Assembly (NCBI RefSeq): GCF_009914755.1
Contig: NC_060932.1
Direction: 5' to 3' (one strand)
Length of the DNA: 64,000 nt
From: the human T2T-CHM13v2.0 reference genome, Homo sapiens
Below are positions 45,157 to 57,690 of the stretch, piece by piece; within the stretch, counting starts at the first letter, position 1, and each line of letters begins with the position of its first letter. Under the pieces are notes generated by a model. The model was not told the DNA's origin. It saw only the letters and a list, made by a program, of their open reading frames with translations, and made no database searches. The translations under genes and the position numbers were made by a program.

Positions 45157-46749
45157 GATCACGTAGCATTTTTGTTCTCCCAAAAAACATTAGAGTGGTT
45201 CCAAGTTCTGGTTTTAGTTTATCCTAATTCAATATGAGACTTTAGTGGTGAGCATGGATAAACGAGATGCTTCCCAAAAACATACTGATCTAGAAAAAAG
45301 GGAAGAGTATCCTAGGCTTGCTGAATAGGTGATGATTTTTATCCTCATTTTTCAAGCTTTTTAACAACTCAACAAGGGTCTATTGGATGTGTTATTTTGA
45401 AATATTTTGTTAACGGTGATTATTTTGTGTAAGACTGTCAATATCTCAAGGCCCAATATCCATTTAGAATAAGGTGCATTGTAAGTATTTATGCTTACAA
45501 GTCTATATATCAAATAGTTTTTAAAATATAACTAAATCACTCTCTACTTATTGTTAGATAGATTAGCTTATCATCTTTAATTTTTACTGTGTGTATCAAT
45601 AGGCTTTTGTAAGAAGTAGGATAAATGTGGTTGGTTCTGGCATTTCCTGGTATTTAGTATGCTTCCATTATTAATATTATCTTCAATTCATGATTCATCA
45701 TGGTATTAGACATTTTTCTATTTGTCTTTTCCTAACTCTTCATAACCAACGATATGAGGCTTAGTGAAGTTAAAACTAGAAATCAATTTAGAGCTGTATG
45801 TAACTGGCCAGTTGCACACTGCAGTATTTTGCAATGTCAGTCTGTGTTACAAACTCCCTCTTTGCTCTTGAGACCTAAGTTACTGAACGGGATTCTGCCA
45901 TACAGAAACAGCAAGGTCCTCCACATCAATCTGGATTCTAATTATTAGTGAAGCTTGATTTCCATTTTTTTTTTCTTTTTCACCAAAGCAACTGTAAATA
46001 GACGTTCTAATACTTTCTTTCCACATCCTGATGGCTGTCTTGTGCACCCTGGGGAGAATGCAGCCCACTTTGCACCTTAAATAATAAAATAATATAAAAT
46101 AATACATGATTTTGAATGAGAGAAACTTAGCTTCAGCTCCTCACTCTGCTATGTTAGAGCTATGTACTGTTCTACTTCCCTAATCCCAAGTTATCTATCT
46201 GGTAAATGAAGATAATACTGCTTAGTTCTACGGTTTGTTATGAAAAGTCAGGAAAAGACAAACAAGAAAAATGTCTAATACCATGATGGAAACCTGACAT
46301 TATCAAAATCGCTTGCTTTTCTTGTAAACGTGAACCTGAAAAGCAGAGTGGAGTGGTGCCAAAGGAGCTCCTGAAGCAGTAGCACAGCCTGGACTCAGGA
46401 GTACTGGCCCCAAGCCCAGGGCTCCTATCAATATACAATGTGACTTCTGATCAAATGAGAGGTGGACCAATGGCAAGAGGACTTCCAGAAGGATGCACAG
46501 ACCTTTGCCTCATTAAAGCTCAGCCTCTGTGAATGCTGCCCAAAACCCCTCCTCATATGCCTCCTTCCCTGAAACAGAAAGCTGATCTCAGAACCATTTC
46601 CCATTCTTCTCACTGCCTGGAGTTCAGGTCACCTGCCAAAACCACTCAGCCTCACTGAATTTCATCCTTAAGTAAGTAGGGGCCATAGCACACAAGAGGC
46701 ACTTGAAGCATTAAACTCAGGGTTGTCTTCTCACAACTGGAGTCTAATC

Positions 46750-47167
46750 TTGGAGGTAGATTATTAAAATGTACATTGAGTCTTAGTCTTCTATCTAGAG
46801 ATGGTATCTATTTCTTCATTTTAAAGCTGGACTGGCCTTGTGACTTGCTTTGGTCAGTGGAATGTATTAGAAAAACAACTTTATGCAAATTCCAAGACTG
46901 AACAACAGGAGATTTTGTGTATTTCCCCTCTTGATAGCCCAAGCCTGCTGGAGGATGAGAGGCCACAAGGAGAACCACAACAGCCCAGCTGGGAGCCCCA
47001 GACCTGTGAGCGAGCCCAGTGAGATCATCCAAGCCACATCTAACTCAGTAGAACCGCCCAGCTGAGCCCAGTCCAAACTGCTTACTCATGAGCTAAACTA
47101 AGTTGTTGTTTTTAAGCCATTAAGTTTTAGAAAAGTTCGTTATGCAACAAAAGCAAATGGATAGATA
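46750..47167 (+). mobile_element. MLT1H-like LTR
   Basis: cttgtgacttgctttggtcagtggaatg...ctggaggatgagaggccac...ctgagcccagtccaaactgc...ttgtttttaagccattaagtttt...ttatgcaacaa. Confidence 0.8.
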
Positions 47168-47870
47168 CCCCTTGTTTTCTGTACTAATTTGCGCTGTTAA
47201 TTGGACACTTAATTCAATTTCTATTAACTTTGCTTTTTGTGTGTCAGTAACATGTCAAAAGTAGTAGCAATCATCATGAAGACATGTAGTTCACATCTGT
47301 GTTTGGTTTCTTATATAACCATTTCACATCTTGATTACTTACAATGAGCCTTGGAGGTAAGTCTATCATGAGGATTTACTGATATCACCTGCACGTGAAA
47401 TGCCAAATTCAGACTGCATCCTCAAAAAGATGAAAGCATTATACTTCAGTTATATGAATTGATGTTTGCAAATACCAACCTTATCAGTTTTTGAAAGATC
47501 TAGGCACAAGTGTTACAATACGTGGTTTTGAAGTAATGGCCTGCATCAGCATCAGTATTGAACACACTGACTCCTTTTTACCACAGCTACACAGGCAAGC
47601 TTCATTTTCCATCAATTCACTTCCCGTTAAAATTGACATATGTATTAGAAAGAGCCACCAAGAAGAGAGTAGGTAGAAGGGAGTGCAGGGGGAGGAGATG
47701 AATTAGCACTTTCTAGTCTCTGTCAATATGCGGTTTATTTTCAGATGCAATAAAGGTTTGGATTTTTGACTTGGCAAGAAAACACAATGAAAATCTTTTC
47801 TTCGTTAGTCCCAAATTTCCTATAATCTGACTTCCCCACCTCCACCTTCTTCCACGGAAAGAAACAAACA

Positions 47871-47896
47871 ACACACACACACACACACACACACAC
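47871..47896. repeat. (AC)13 microsatellite; (UG)13 in FAM135B pre-mRNA
   Basis: Direct read; about 20 nt from the exon donor. Confidence 0.95.
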
Positions 47897-47915
47897 AAAT
47901 TGTAAAGCATACTTA

Positions 47916-48012
<97 letters not shown>

Positions 48013-48154
48013 CTGAAAAACAAGAGAGAAATTAACAGTTTGAGATCACATCAGCCACTCAGAAAGAACCTGGCTTTTACAACAGGAAACCAATCTGACC
48101 AACAGGACCAACAGGAGTAGCGTGTGTCCACTGAACGTCACCACTCAGGGTTCC

Positions 48155-48560
48155 TTTTATGGAAAAAGACACAGAGAGACAAAATGACTTGCCTACTGTC
48201 ACAGCTTCTACCTGGAAGGGCCAGGAGTTAGACCCAGGTGTCCTAACTCCAAAGCTGAGCTGGTCCCCTGCCCTTTCCTATCTGTCAGTACCATGGAGAC
48301 AACAACATCCCGGCCGAGAGCACATCCTTCATGGCCAAAGGCACAAGAATCCTTGCTCTACCGCTTTCCAGCTGTGTGACCTTGAGCAAGTCACTTAACT
48401 TCTCCCATCTTCAGTGTTCTCATCTGTAACGTGAGGACTGGTAATAGCACATAACATTGATAAATGGTGGAAAGAGAGAATAAATATGCCACATTGAGCA
48501 CTCTGCACGGTCATTTGTGTAGTAAATACTGAATAAGTTTTTGCTACCATTGTTAATAAT
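48155..48560. mobile_element. Two oppositely oriented MIRs (about 48155-48260 minus; about 48340-48560 plus)
   Basis: atgacttgcctactgtcacagct...gacccaggtg; cagctgtgtgaccttgagcaagtcacttaacttctc. Confidence 0.75.
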
Positions 48561-50450
48561 AATTTAAAATGATTTTATCATTGATATTATAAATGCAGTC
48601 TCTAAAGACTGAAGATGGCTGGAGCAATATCAAGCGTGGCACATAGAGCATGTGGGTGCTGCTGCCAGGTAGATGTTTAACCCAACTTGACAGGTTGCTA
48701 ATTTTCCAATTAGCTGTTACTGGGGGTCAGTAACAAGATGGTTGAATGGAAAAGATGGGAGGAAAAAAACATTAAAACAGTCCAAGTCTAGGATGAGAAA
48801 TAAACCGAGAGGTACATTTAAAGCAGGTTGGGTTTTCTGAGAATATGAAAGCATCTAGATACCAGGAATGTGATGAAAGGGAAAGAAGCTTAGTTGTATT
48901 GGGCACCTACTATATTCTTGGTGTTGCATAAAGTATTCCATGTAAGTTGCCTGATTTTTTCCAACAAGAATTTTGTATTATTCTTGCCCCATTTTGCATG
49001 CAAGAAAAAAGGACCAGAGAAGCTCTGACCTGGAGCCACTTTCTAACTCTGGAATGTGCTGGTGGTGTGGCCTTTGGTAAGATCCTCCCATTCTCCAAGC
49101 CTGTTTACTACCACAAACAACAGGGATAATGCAAGATACTGAGTAGACTCCCGATAGGATAAGAGGTAATGACTTGCAATATACCTGGCACCTAGCAGGA
49201 TCTCAAGACCTGGTATGACCTCTGGGAAGGGAGAGAATGAGAGAGAAGGAGGAGAGGGGAAAGGAAGGGAACACATGGCTCTGTCACCTGGCAACTGGTG
49301 ATTCACACTTGGGTCTCCTTCCAAAGCCCCTCTTACTGCCCCCAGATGCCTCAGGGACCAGACCATTCTTGTGGTTCAGAGTGCAACCTCACTGCAGTTA
49401 ACAGGGTCAGGCTAGGCCAGATCCCACAGATAACAGCAGGAGGATTAACTGGGCCTTAACTGCATCTCAGCTCAGGCAAATGTTTCATCCGGGAAATATT
49501 TCTAGAGATTCAGAAGGCTGCATACCAAATTAAAATCCTCAGAACCAACCTCTATAAATTCTGCAAGACAGAATTTCAATCTGGCAAACATGGAAAGGCC
49601 TGGCTCACAAAATGTGCCAAAAACCCATTCCCCAATGAAGAGCCATGGAGGTGCACCCTGGCCCTGCCCAACACACCCGAGCCAGTCAAGGTCAGAACCC
49701 GAGGCTCAATTTTAATCCCAAGTCATTTCCAATCAAAGCCGGATGGAGGGGCAAGCAAATGGAAGCCACCCTGTGCTTCCCTTCATAATCACATTAAACA
49801 TCAACAGCTGCATTGTCCTCATTTTCTCATCACCCCACTCAGTCTGAATCCTGCAAAAACTCAGAGCTGGTAAAACCATGTGACTCCTTTCTTGGGGTTG
49901 TCAGCTTTCCATTATCCCCAGTTCCCCTCCTGATCTCTGATCCTGGGGAGGAGAATATCTAGAAAGAGAGACAAAGGGAGAGCAGGAACAATGCACCCCA
50001 AGAGTGCCAGCCTACCATCTACTACACACTGATGGGGGTTCCATGCATGACTTCACACAATCCTCAAAAGCCCTCTGCATGAGTAGTATTGGCCCCGAGC
50101 CACACAGACAGTGGTGCTGTTCAGGCAAAGAGTGCCTATCCAGGAGCCTGGGTTTTCCATCTCCTGCACTTACTGGCAGAATGGCTGGGACCATGTTTTG
50201 GGGTAGAGTTAATATTTAGAAGACAATATTTAACGCATGGAGAATACCACACAGAACATTCTTTTCTCCTTGAAAGATGCACCATACCATGCTGTTGTTC
50301 AGGATGAATGGGATAGAGTTTTGGAACTTGTAAACACAGACACAGCTTCTTGGTGGGAAATTGCCTTTTCCTTTAAAATAGCATGTTAGGCATTATAACC
50401 AAACACCCATAATGCAGTGAGGAAGATGAGTTCCCATGTAAAATAATTTT

Positions 50451-50759
50451 GGTTTTTGTTTGTTTGTTTGTTTGTTTTTGAGATGGAGTCTCGCACTGTC
50501 ACCCAGGCTGGAGTGCAGTGGCTCCATCTCGGCTCACTGCAAGCTCGCCTCCCCAGTTCCCACCATTCTCCTGCCTCAGCCTCCCGAGTAGCTGGGACTA
50601 CAGGCACCCACCACCACGCCTGGCTAATTTTTCGTATTTTTAGTAGAGACGGGGCTTCACTGTGTTAGCCAGGATGGTCTCGATCTCCTGACCTCGTGAT
50701 CTGCCCACCTCGGCCTCCCAAAGTGCTGGGATTACAGGCATGAACCACCATGCTCTGCC
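50451..50759 (-). mobile_element. AluY, tail converted to (TTTG)n
   Basis: ctgcaagctc, ccattctcctg, gtgttagccaggatggtctcgatctcctgacctcgtgatc; TSD ccatgtaaaata(a/c)tttt on both sides. Confidence 0.95.
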
Positions 50760-50906
50760 CCATGTAAAATACTTTTAAAACTCTGTGTTGATTTTGCTGG
50801 TAACATCCTTGGTCCACTTTGTGGTCAGAAATCTAGAGCCATTTGTCTTGGTCCCAACCTTCTCCCCTTCTCTTTCCATCTGAAGATTAGTGGGAAGCTA
50901 TCAGAG

Positions 50907-51087
50907 CAGTGGTTTTCAGGTGTGGTCCTCAGACCAGTGGCATCAGCAACACTGTGTTATGAAAACCAAGTCTTGAGTCCCACACCAGACCTACTCAGTC
51001 AGAAACTCCACAGGTGAGTTTCAGGGATCTGTGTTTTCACAAGTTCCCCAGGGAATTTAGGTGCAAACACTAATTTGAGAACCACTG
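50907..51087 (+). mobile_element. MER5A, near full length
   Basis: cagtggttttc...gtgtggtcctcagaccag...ccagacctactcagtcagaaactc...tttgagaaccactg. Confidence 0.9.
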
Positions 51088-51094
51088 GCCTAAA

Positions 51095-51310
51095 GACAAG
51101 GGTTTTAGCATTAACCAGACCTGAGTTAACTTGGTTTCTTGTGAGCTGCATGACCTTGGATCCATTCCTTAACTTCTCTGTCCCTCATTGCTAAGAGGTG
51201 AAGAGCAAGAGTACCTACCCTATAAAAGTGTCTTCATGATCAGTAGGGAGACAGCATTCAAAGTGTTTAATATAGTGTCTGGCATATTGTTGGAACATAC
51301 TTATGACATA
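51095..51310 (+). mobile_element. MIR SINE
   Basis: ccagacctgagtt...gctgcatgaccttgg...cttaacttctctgtccctca...tagtgtctggcatatt. Confidence 0.75.
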
Positions 51311-52499
51311 TGCAAACAATAGACCCATGACACATACCTAACACACACATCACACTCATACACACAAACACACAGATACATACAATATGCATTGATAAAA
51401 CACACACACACAAATCTTCATCACACACACAAGATGCCCATGACACATACCCAGCACACACTGGGTGCTGAAAAGACTGTCCAGGAAAGTCCGTTCTCTG
51501 CCTCTGTAGGACTGAGTTCAGGTGCAAGTTTCTGAGAATGTATCGTGATGAGTGCAGTGAGAAGTGTCAGCATACATCATGCTCAGGAAGAGGGCAGGAC
51601 ATGATTCAGATCTCCATCTCCAGCACATCAGCAACCACACCTTGGGTAGACCAATTTTCCCCAGTATTTGTTCCAAGAACCTCCCACGAAACATCAGAAA
51701 AACCAGCACTCACCCCCAACATGAGCATGTACCATACACACAACATATCCAACCCGAAATACACCGGCACCATGTGCACACACACCACAGACATCTTCTC
51801 TGCACTAACTTCCTACTACAACCAGTGCCACCCACCATTCTAGTGAATTCAGTCATTCTGCTGCATTTGGTGTGCCTCTGAAAAGCTCACCTTCAAACCT
51901 GTACTTCCTGAAAGCTGTGTGTCCAGGCACTCTGGCACTCTAAAGCACATGATGCTTACGAGCAGACCTTGCCCTCATGATGCTCAGGGACTGGGAAAGG
52001 GTGATCCAGTGACAATCACAATGACAGTGATGACGGCTCAGGAAGAGGGGGGACCTGGGTCTTTGGCACTCAGGTACGGCCTCCCTGGGAAGGCTGGCTT
52101 CTGAATGAGGAGGCCTTTGCCATGCCTCAGTCTAGGGTCATCAGTGCAGATCTGTTCTGTTCAGAAAGTGAAGAGAGTAACCACAGCAGGTCATCTCAAC
52201 CTCAGCTCACCTGAAGTCGGCACACCTGCCCTTGGTACTGCCCTTCACTGTGTAACCTCCCTGGAACCCTAGTTACTGCCTGGTCCTCACTCAGGCAGCA
52301 ACACCCACAGCTTACACCTGCGTACAGACAGTTTGCCCCTGGTGCACCACATTTTAGGCAAACATGCCTAGAGAAGAGGATGGAGGGAGGGGCAGGATGG
52401 GAAGGCCCCTGAAGCCTATGTCTAGAGATTAACACAGGCATCATCAGATTAGCCTTCCTTGTGGACACTGGAGAGAACAGCCTATCTCTAAAGCAATAT

Positions 52500-52712
52500 A
52501 CATACAGGCTCCAGAACCAGACGCCTGGGTCTCAATGGCCCTGGGTGACCTTGGAGTCATTATTATCTTCCTGGGCCTCATTTTCCTTGTTTGTAAAGTG
52601 AGGACAATAATAATACCTACTTCCTGGAGTACTGCAATAATTAAAACTATTAACATACATAAGGCACTCAGAATAGAGACTGGCATGTAATAACCTTTCA
52701 ATACGCGCAGAC
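52500..52712 (+). mobile_element. MIR SINE
   Basis: ggctccagaaccagacgcctgggt...gtgaccttgg...gcctcattttccttgtttgtaaagtgaggacaataataatacctac. Confidence 0.8.
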
Positions 52713-53191
52713 TATGTTTAGCTTTGTTACAGAAGACATAACTAGGAGACAGGGTAAAAGAAAATGCAGTGAAATTACAGCCTTGTTTGGTTTTCACTCA
52801 CTAAAAAAAAAATCTTGATCAAGTGCCCCTTACTGACCTGCCCTGTGCTGGGAGCTTTCTAGCCATCCCAGCTGCCCAACAATGGACCAGTCCACGTTAT
52901 GAAGCAATGAACTCCCCCATCACTGGGAGTATGCAGACAAAGGATGAGGTCCCACTTTTCTGGCATTTAAACCCTGCCTTGAGTTTAAATGACAATTAAA
53001 TTCCCCTTGTCCACAAGGTTCTAAGATCCCATTACCTTCGGGCAGGCAATGTTTGTATTTGATTGATGAGGAAAAAAAGAGGCAGAGGTTAGGCTAGAGG
53101 ACCAGAAGGTGATGTCACAAAACCTCAGTTCAGATTTGATTTCTGCCACTTAATAGGTTGACTAGGACATCACTTCATCTCTTTGAGTCCA

Positions 53192-54274
53192 TGTTGTGGG
53201 AAGTCAGGGACCCCAAATGGAGGGACCGGCTGAAGCCATGGCAGAAGAAAGTGGATTGTGAAGATTTCATGGACATTTATTAGTTCCCCAAATTAATACT
53301 TTTATAATTTCTTATGCCTGTCTTTACTGCAATCTCTAAACATAAATTGTGAAGATTTCATGGACACTTATCACTTCCCCAATCAATACCCTTGTGATTT
53401 CCTATGCCTGTCTTTACTTTAATCTCTTAATCCTGTCATCTCGTAAGCCGAGGAGGATGTATGTCGCCTCAGGACCCTGTGATAATTGCGTTAACTGCAC
53501 AAATTGTAGAGCATATGTGTTTGAACAATATGAAATCTGGGCTCCTTGAAAAAAGAACAGAATAACAGCAATGTTCAGGGAATAAGAGAGATAACCTTAA
53601 ACTCTGACCACTGGTGAGCTGGGCGGAACAGAGCCATATTTCTCTTCTTTCAAAAGCAAATGGGAGAAATATTGCTGAATTCTTTTTCTCAGCAAGGAAC
53701 ATCCCTGAGAAAGAGAATGTGCCCCTGAGGGTGAGTCTCTAAAATGGCCCCCTTGGGTGTGGCCGTCTTCTATGGTCGAGACTGTATGTAGGGACGAAAT
53801 AAGCCCCAGTCTCCCGTAGCGCTCCCAGGCTTATTAGGAAGAGGAAATTCTCACCTAATAAATTTTGGTCAGACCGGTTGCTCTCAAACCCTGTCTCCTG
53901 ATAAGATGTTATCAAATGACAATGGTGCCTGAAACTTCATTAGCAATTTTAATTTCACCCCTGTCCTGTGGTCCTGTGATCTCGCCCTGCCTCCATTTGC
54001 CTTGTGATATTCTATTACCTTGTGAAGCATGTGATCTTTGTGACACACACCCTATTCGTACACTCCCTCCCCTTTAAAAAAAATCCCTAATAAAAACTTA
54101 CTGGTTTTGCGTCTTGCAGGGCATCACACAACCTATTGACATGTGATGTCTCCCTCGGACGCCCAGCTTTAAAATTTCTCTCTTTTGTACTCTGTCCCTT
54201 TATTTCTCAACCCAGCTGATGCTTAGGGAAAATAGAAAAGAACCTACGTGACTCTTGGGGCAGGTTCCCCAGTA
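53192..54274 (+). mobile_element. MER11 (HERV-K11/HML-8) solo LTR with 6-bp TSD, inserted in a MIR
   Basis: Starts tgttgtgggaagtcagggacccc, ends ggggcaggttccccagta; TSD agtcca at 53186-53191 and 54275-54280; internal duplicated attgtgaagatttcatggaca. Confidence 0.95.
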
Positions 54275-54992
54275 AGTCCAGGCTTCTGCATCTGTACTTG
54301 GAGGGAAACACCTACCTCAGAGGATGATACAGAATGGTAACTAATTAAACTGACTTTTGTAGAGTATTAAAAATGTTCTCATTGTCAATAGGATATTGTT
54401 AAAGTACAGAAAAATATTTTGGAAACATAGCATGTTACTTTTCTTCCTTGAAGAAGGAGATGACTGGGCTATAAGCCCCTAAAAAGGAGTAATTGTCTGT
54501 TTATGAATTTCTAAGCACTCCATTCCTAACCTGGCATCTGGTAAGTAGTAGAGGTTCACAAATACTATGGAACTAAGGAATAAATGGTAACACCAGACAA
54601 CAGACTCTAGGCCAGAGTGTGAATATGGAAGAGGAACAGAATTCAGCAAGGAAAACAAAGCAACAGAAACTAAGACCGGAGGCTCTAAGGGTTGAAACAG
54701 TGATGTTGGTTATGGCAGAAAAAGCAAGTTCTTTGTCATTAGAGGTATCCGAAAAGGGGCTGTCCAAGAAAGCCCTTTCTCCACTTCTGTCGGGCTGAGT
54801 CCAGGCACAGGGTTCTGAGGATGCACAGTGATGAGTGCACTGAGAAGTGTCAACATGCATCATGCTTAGGAGGAGGGCAGGACATGATTCAGATCTCCAT
54901 CCACAGCACATCAGCAACCACACTCTGGGTAAACCAGTTTTTCCCAACATTTGTTCCAAGAACTTCCCACAAAAGAACAACCTGGGAAAATT

Positions 54993-55024
<32 letters not shown>

Positions 55025-55025
55025 C
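54993..55025. repeat. (AAC)11 microsatellite
   Basis: Direct read. Confidence 0.95.
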
Positions 55026-55383
55026 CCCAGATTATTGTGTCCTACACTCAGACCTCCTAATCAGGCTCCAAGACAGGATCTAGGAACACAAAGGCTAAAG
55101 TCTGAGCCTGCTGCTGCATCTGCCTGTAATGCCAGCTCTGGCAAAAAAAAAACTGCACATGTAGCTGATAGCTGAGCCAGGGACTAGCAGAATGCATCTA
55201 TGCCCCATTTGTGTGGCCGAAAGAGGACAAGAAATCACTTCTGAGAAGAAATATGAGCTGATTTTGTCAAAAATCAAATTCCTTTTCTTTTAGAGCTACA
55301 AAAATTGTCTAGATTTACGAAGTACCATGTAAAATGCAGAGAGTCTAGGTGGCACCTGGAATGGAGCCTCTATAGTCTCTCTC

Positions 55384-55420
55384 TGTGTGTTTGTGTGTGT
55401 GTGTGTATATGTGTGTATGT
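55384..55420. repeat. Imperfect (TG)n
   Basis: tgtgtgtttgtgtgtgtgtgtgtatatgtgtgtatgt. Confidence 0.85.
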
Positions 55421-55986
55421 AGGTCAGGTTTTGGGATAGACCAGCCAGGATCCAGATATCAATGTTACAATCTACCTAAAGTTACAAAACTCCCTAAACC
55501 TCAGTCTCCTCCTCTGTAAAACAACGAATAAATCTTTATCCCCAACAGGTAACACAGAAGGTTGACAACAGATGTCAGACCCAGCCCTTTCATAACACGT
55601 AAAGTCAAAGCCACCTAGAATAAATGTTAATATATCTAGTTAATTGTATGAGTGTTTCATTTTGAATTTTCTTTTTACTCTCATCATCATATTTCACTGA
55701 GCCTTTTCTTTTGGCATGTGTGTTGGTTTCCCTCCAGTTTTTCATCATCATTATCCAGAATGGTGTATTCAAAGACATTCAAAACTAGGCAACATGGTAG
55801 GGATGGGGGGAAGTCTTTCTTCTCTATTCCAAAATTGTGACCTGCAGGTCTTTCTCCCAGTAACAGGGCAAGGAGATGGCATTCCCCCTTGCATTAAAGG
55901 AATCTGGAGAGACCTCAAAATTGTGGAAGACTGTCGTCACTTACCCGGTTGTCTGGGCATCAACTGGGTTCAGCCTTCAGTCCTTA

Positions 55987-56248
55987 TTTTTTTGCTTGTT
56001 TTGTTTTGTTTTGTTTTGAAATGGAGACTCACTCTGTCGCCCAAGCTGGAGTGAGGTGGCATGATCTCGGCTCACTGCAACCTCCGCCTCCTGGGTTCAA
56101 GTGATTCCTGGCTAATTTTTATATTTTTAGTAGAGACAGGGTTTCACTGTGTTGGCCAGGCTGGTCTCGAACTCCTGACCCCAAGTGATCCGCCCACCTC
56201 AGCCTCCCAAAGTGCTAGGATTACAGACATGAACCATTGCACCTGGCC
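55987..56248 (-). mobile_element. AluS with an internal deletion of about 50 nt
   Basis: ttcaagtgatt is joined directly to cctggctaattttt. Confidence 0.93.
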
Positions 56249-57355
56249 CAGGGCCCAGTCCTTCTTCTCCCTTCCTCACAAAGACAATTAGTTGTCAGTT
56301 CTCACTATCATTAGCTCCTCAAATTCAACTTCTTATCTCCGCCTCCAAAGCCATCACCCTAGGAATGCTGATCAGCATCCTCTTTCCTGAATATTCCCAC
56401 CTCTTCCATGTGCCTCTCTCTGCTCCAGCTTCATCACCTTCTGTGTATTCTCCACCCTCTCACTGCAGAGGCAGATCTCGAGCACCAAGAAGCTCAAGTT
56501 CTGCTTATCTCAAAAGTTTTCAGTGGTTTCTCTGGCCCTTACCATGATTCAAGAGGCATTGTATACTCCATCAACTTCTTACTTCTCCAGGCACAATGCT
56601 TTATCCTCCCTCCCATGCCAAAACTGAGCTTTAATCTATTTCCTTTAGTTCCACAACATGTGATCTTTCAAAGATTCCATCTCTGTACAAAGTACCACGG
56701 AGAACATCAATGCATTAGGGTGGCACTGAGGATTAAAGATAATCACATATATAAAGAGCTTCAGTCATTGCCTACAAAACTGTCAGTCACTCATCATCAG
56801 TAGCAATCACTATTTTTATTTCCACCTTCAACATAGATGGCAGAAATTCAAAAGGTCCCTCATATCCAGACCTAAAGAACTAGGCCCCCATCTTAACTTT
56901 AGAGGTTCTGGCATTTGTAGATGCCTGAGTAAATGTTTGCACTTTTCATCACAATATACCAAAATGTTTAATTAGTTATTTACATTTTTTAAATGTACTA
57001 CAGCATTCTCAGTTGCCTCTGAGAATGTTGGATAAAATATTAAAACTGTTTTGAAGAAATATCATAATTCCAATACCTCATTAGATTTTGCTTGGGAAAA
57101 AATTATTTCACAAACATGTTTTCTTTTCAAATGCAATTTTTCTTTAAAACGTCAATCTTCAGAGTATATGGTCTTTGAAAGATTAAATGATAATAATTTG
57201 ATCTAACTATATATCAGCATTTACTTTATGAAAAGGGAAAACATTACTGTTCTCAAACGATTGTGTATTACAGAATTGCACTATAGGAGATGGGAAAGGC
57301 TCAGGAAGAGACCTCTCATGTACAGAGGAATATTGTGAGAATAGAGAAGGGATCT

Positions 57356-57690
57356 ACCTCAGTCTGTTTTCTGCTGCTATAACAGAATACCACAGACTGT
57401 ATAATTTACAAAGAACAGAAGGTTATTTGGCTCATGGTTCTGGAGGCTGGGAAGTCCAAGAGCAGAGCATCTGGTGTTCCCCTGTCCATGGTAGAAGGAC
57501 TGAAGGCACAAAAGAACACTCAAGACAGAGAGGAAACTGGACCAAACTCCCTTTCATAACAAACCCAGTCTGGAGATAACTAACCCACTCCCTCCATAAC
57601 ACCATTACTCTATTCATCTTTTAAAGGTTCCACATTTCAACACTGCTAATAACAATGAAATTTCAATGAGTTTTGGCAGAAATCAGAGCA
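57356..57690 (-). mobile_element. MST (MSTD-like) MaLR LTR
   Basis: tcagtctgttttctgctgctataacagaataccacagact...ggctcatggttctggaggctgggaagtccaaga. Confidence 0.85.

Noticed and set aside
47337-47420. Possible 46-nt minus-strand exon (CAG|47388...47343|GTAAGT)
   Set aside because: Poor polypyrimidine tract and weak exonic donor context (ATT|GT); cannot be supported from sequence alone.
53255-53420. About 90-nt direct repeat resembling a short array
   Set aside because: Intrinsic feature of MER11 LTRs; not CRISPR-like.
51564-55083. Paired similar ORFs (AGHDSDLH...) as a small paralogous gene family
   Set aside because: Explained by the DNA-level 215-bp duplication; the starts are GTG and similarity ends at the duplication edge.
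56100-56115. About 50-nt internal Alu deletion
   Set aside because: Consistent with a common microhomology (cctg) deletion; no sign of function.
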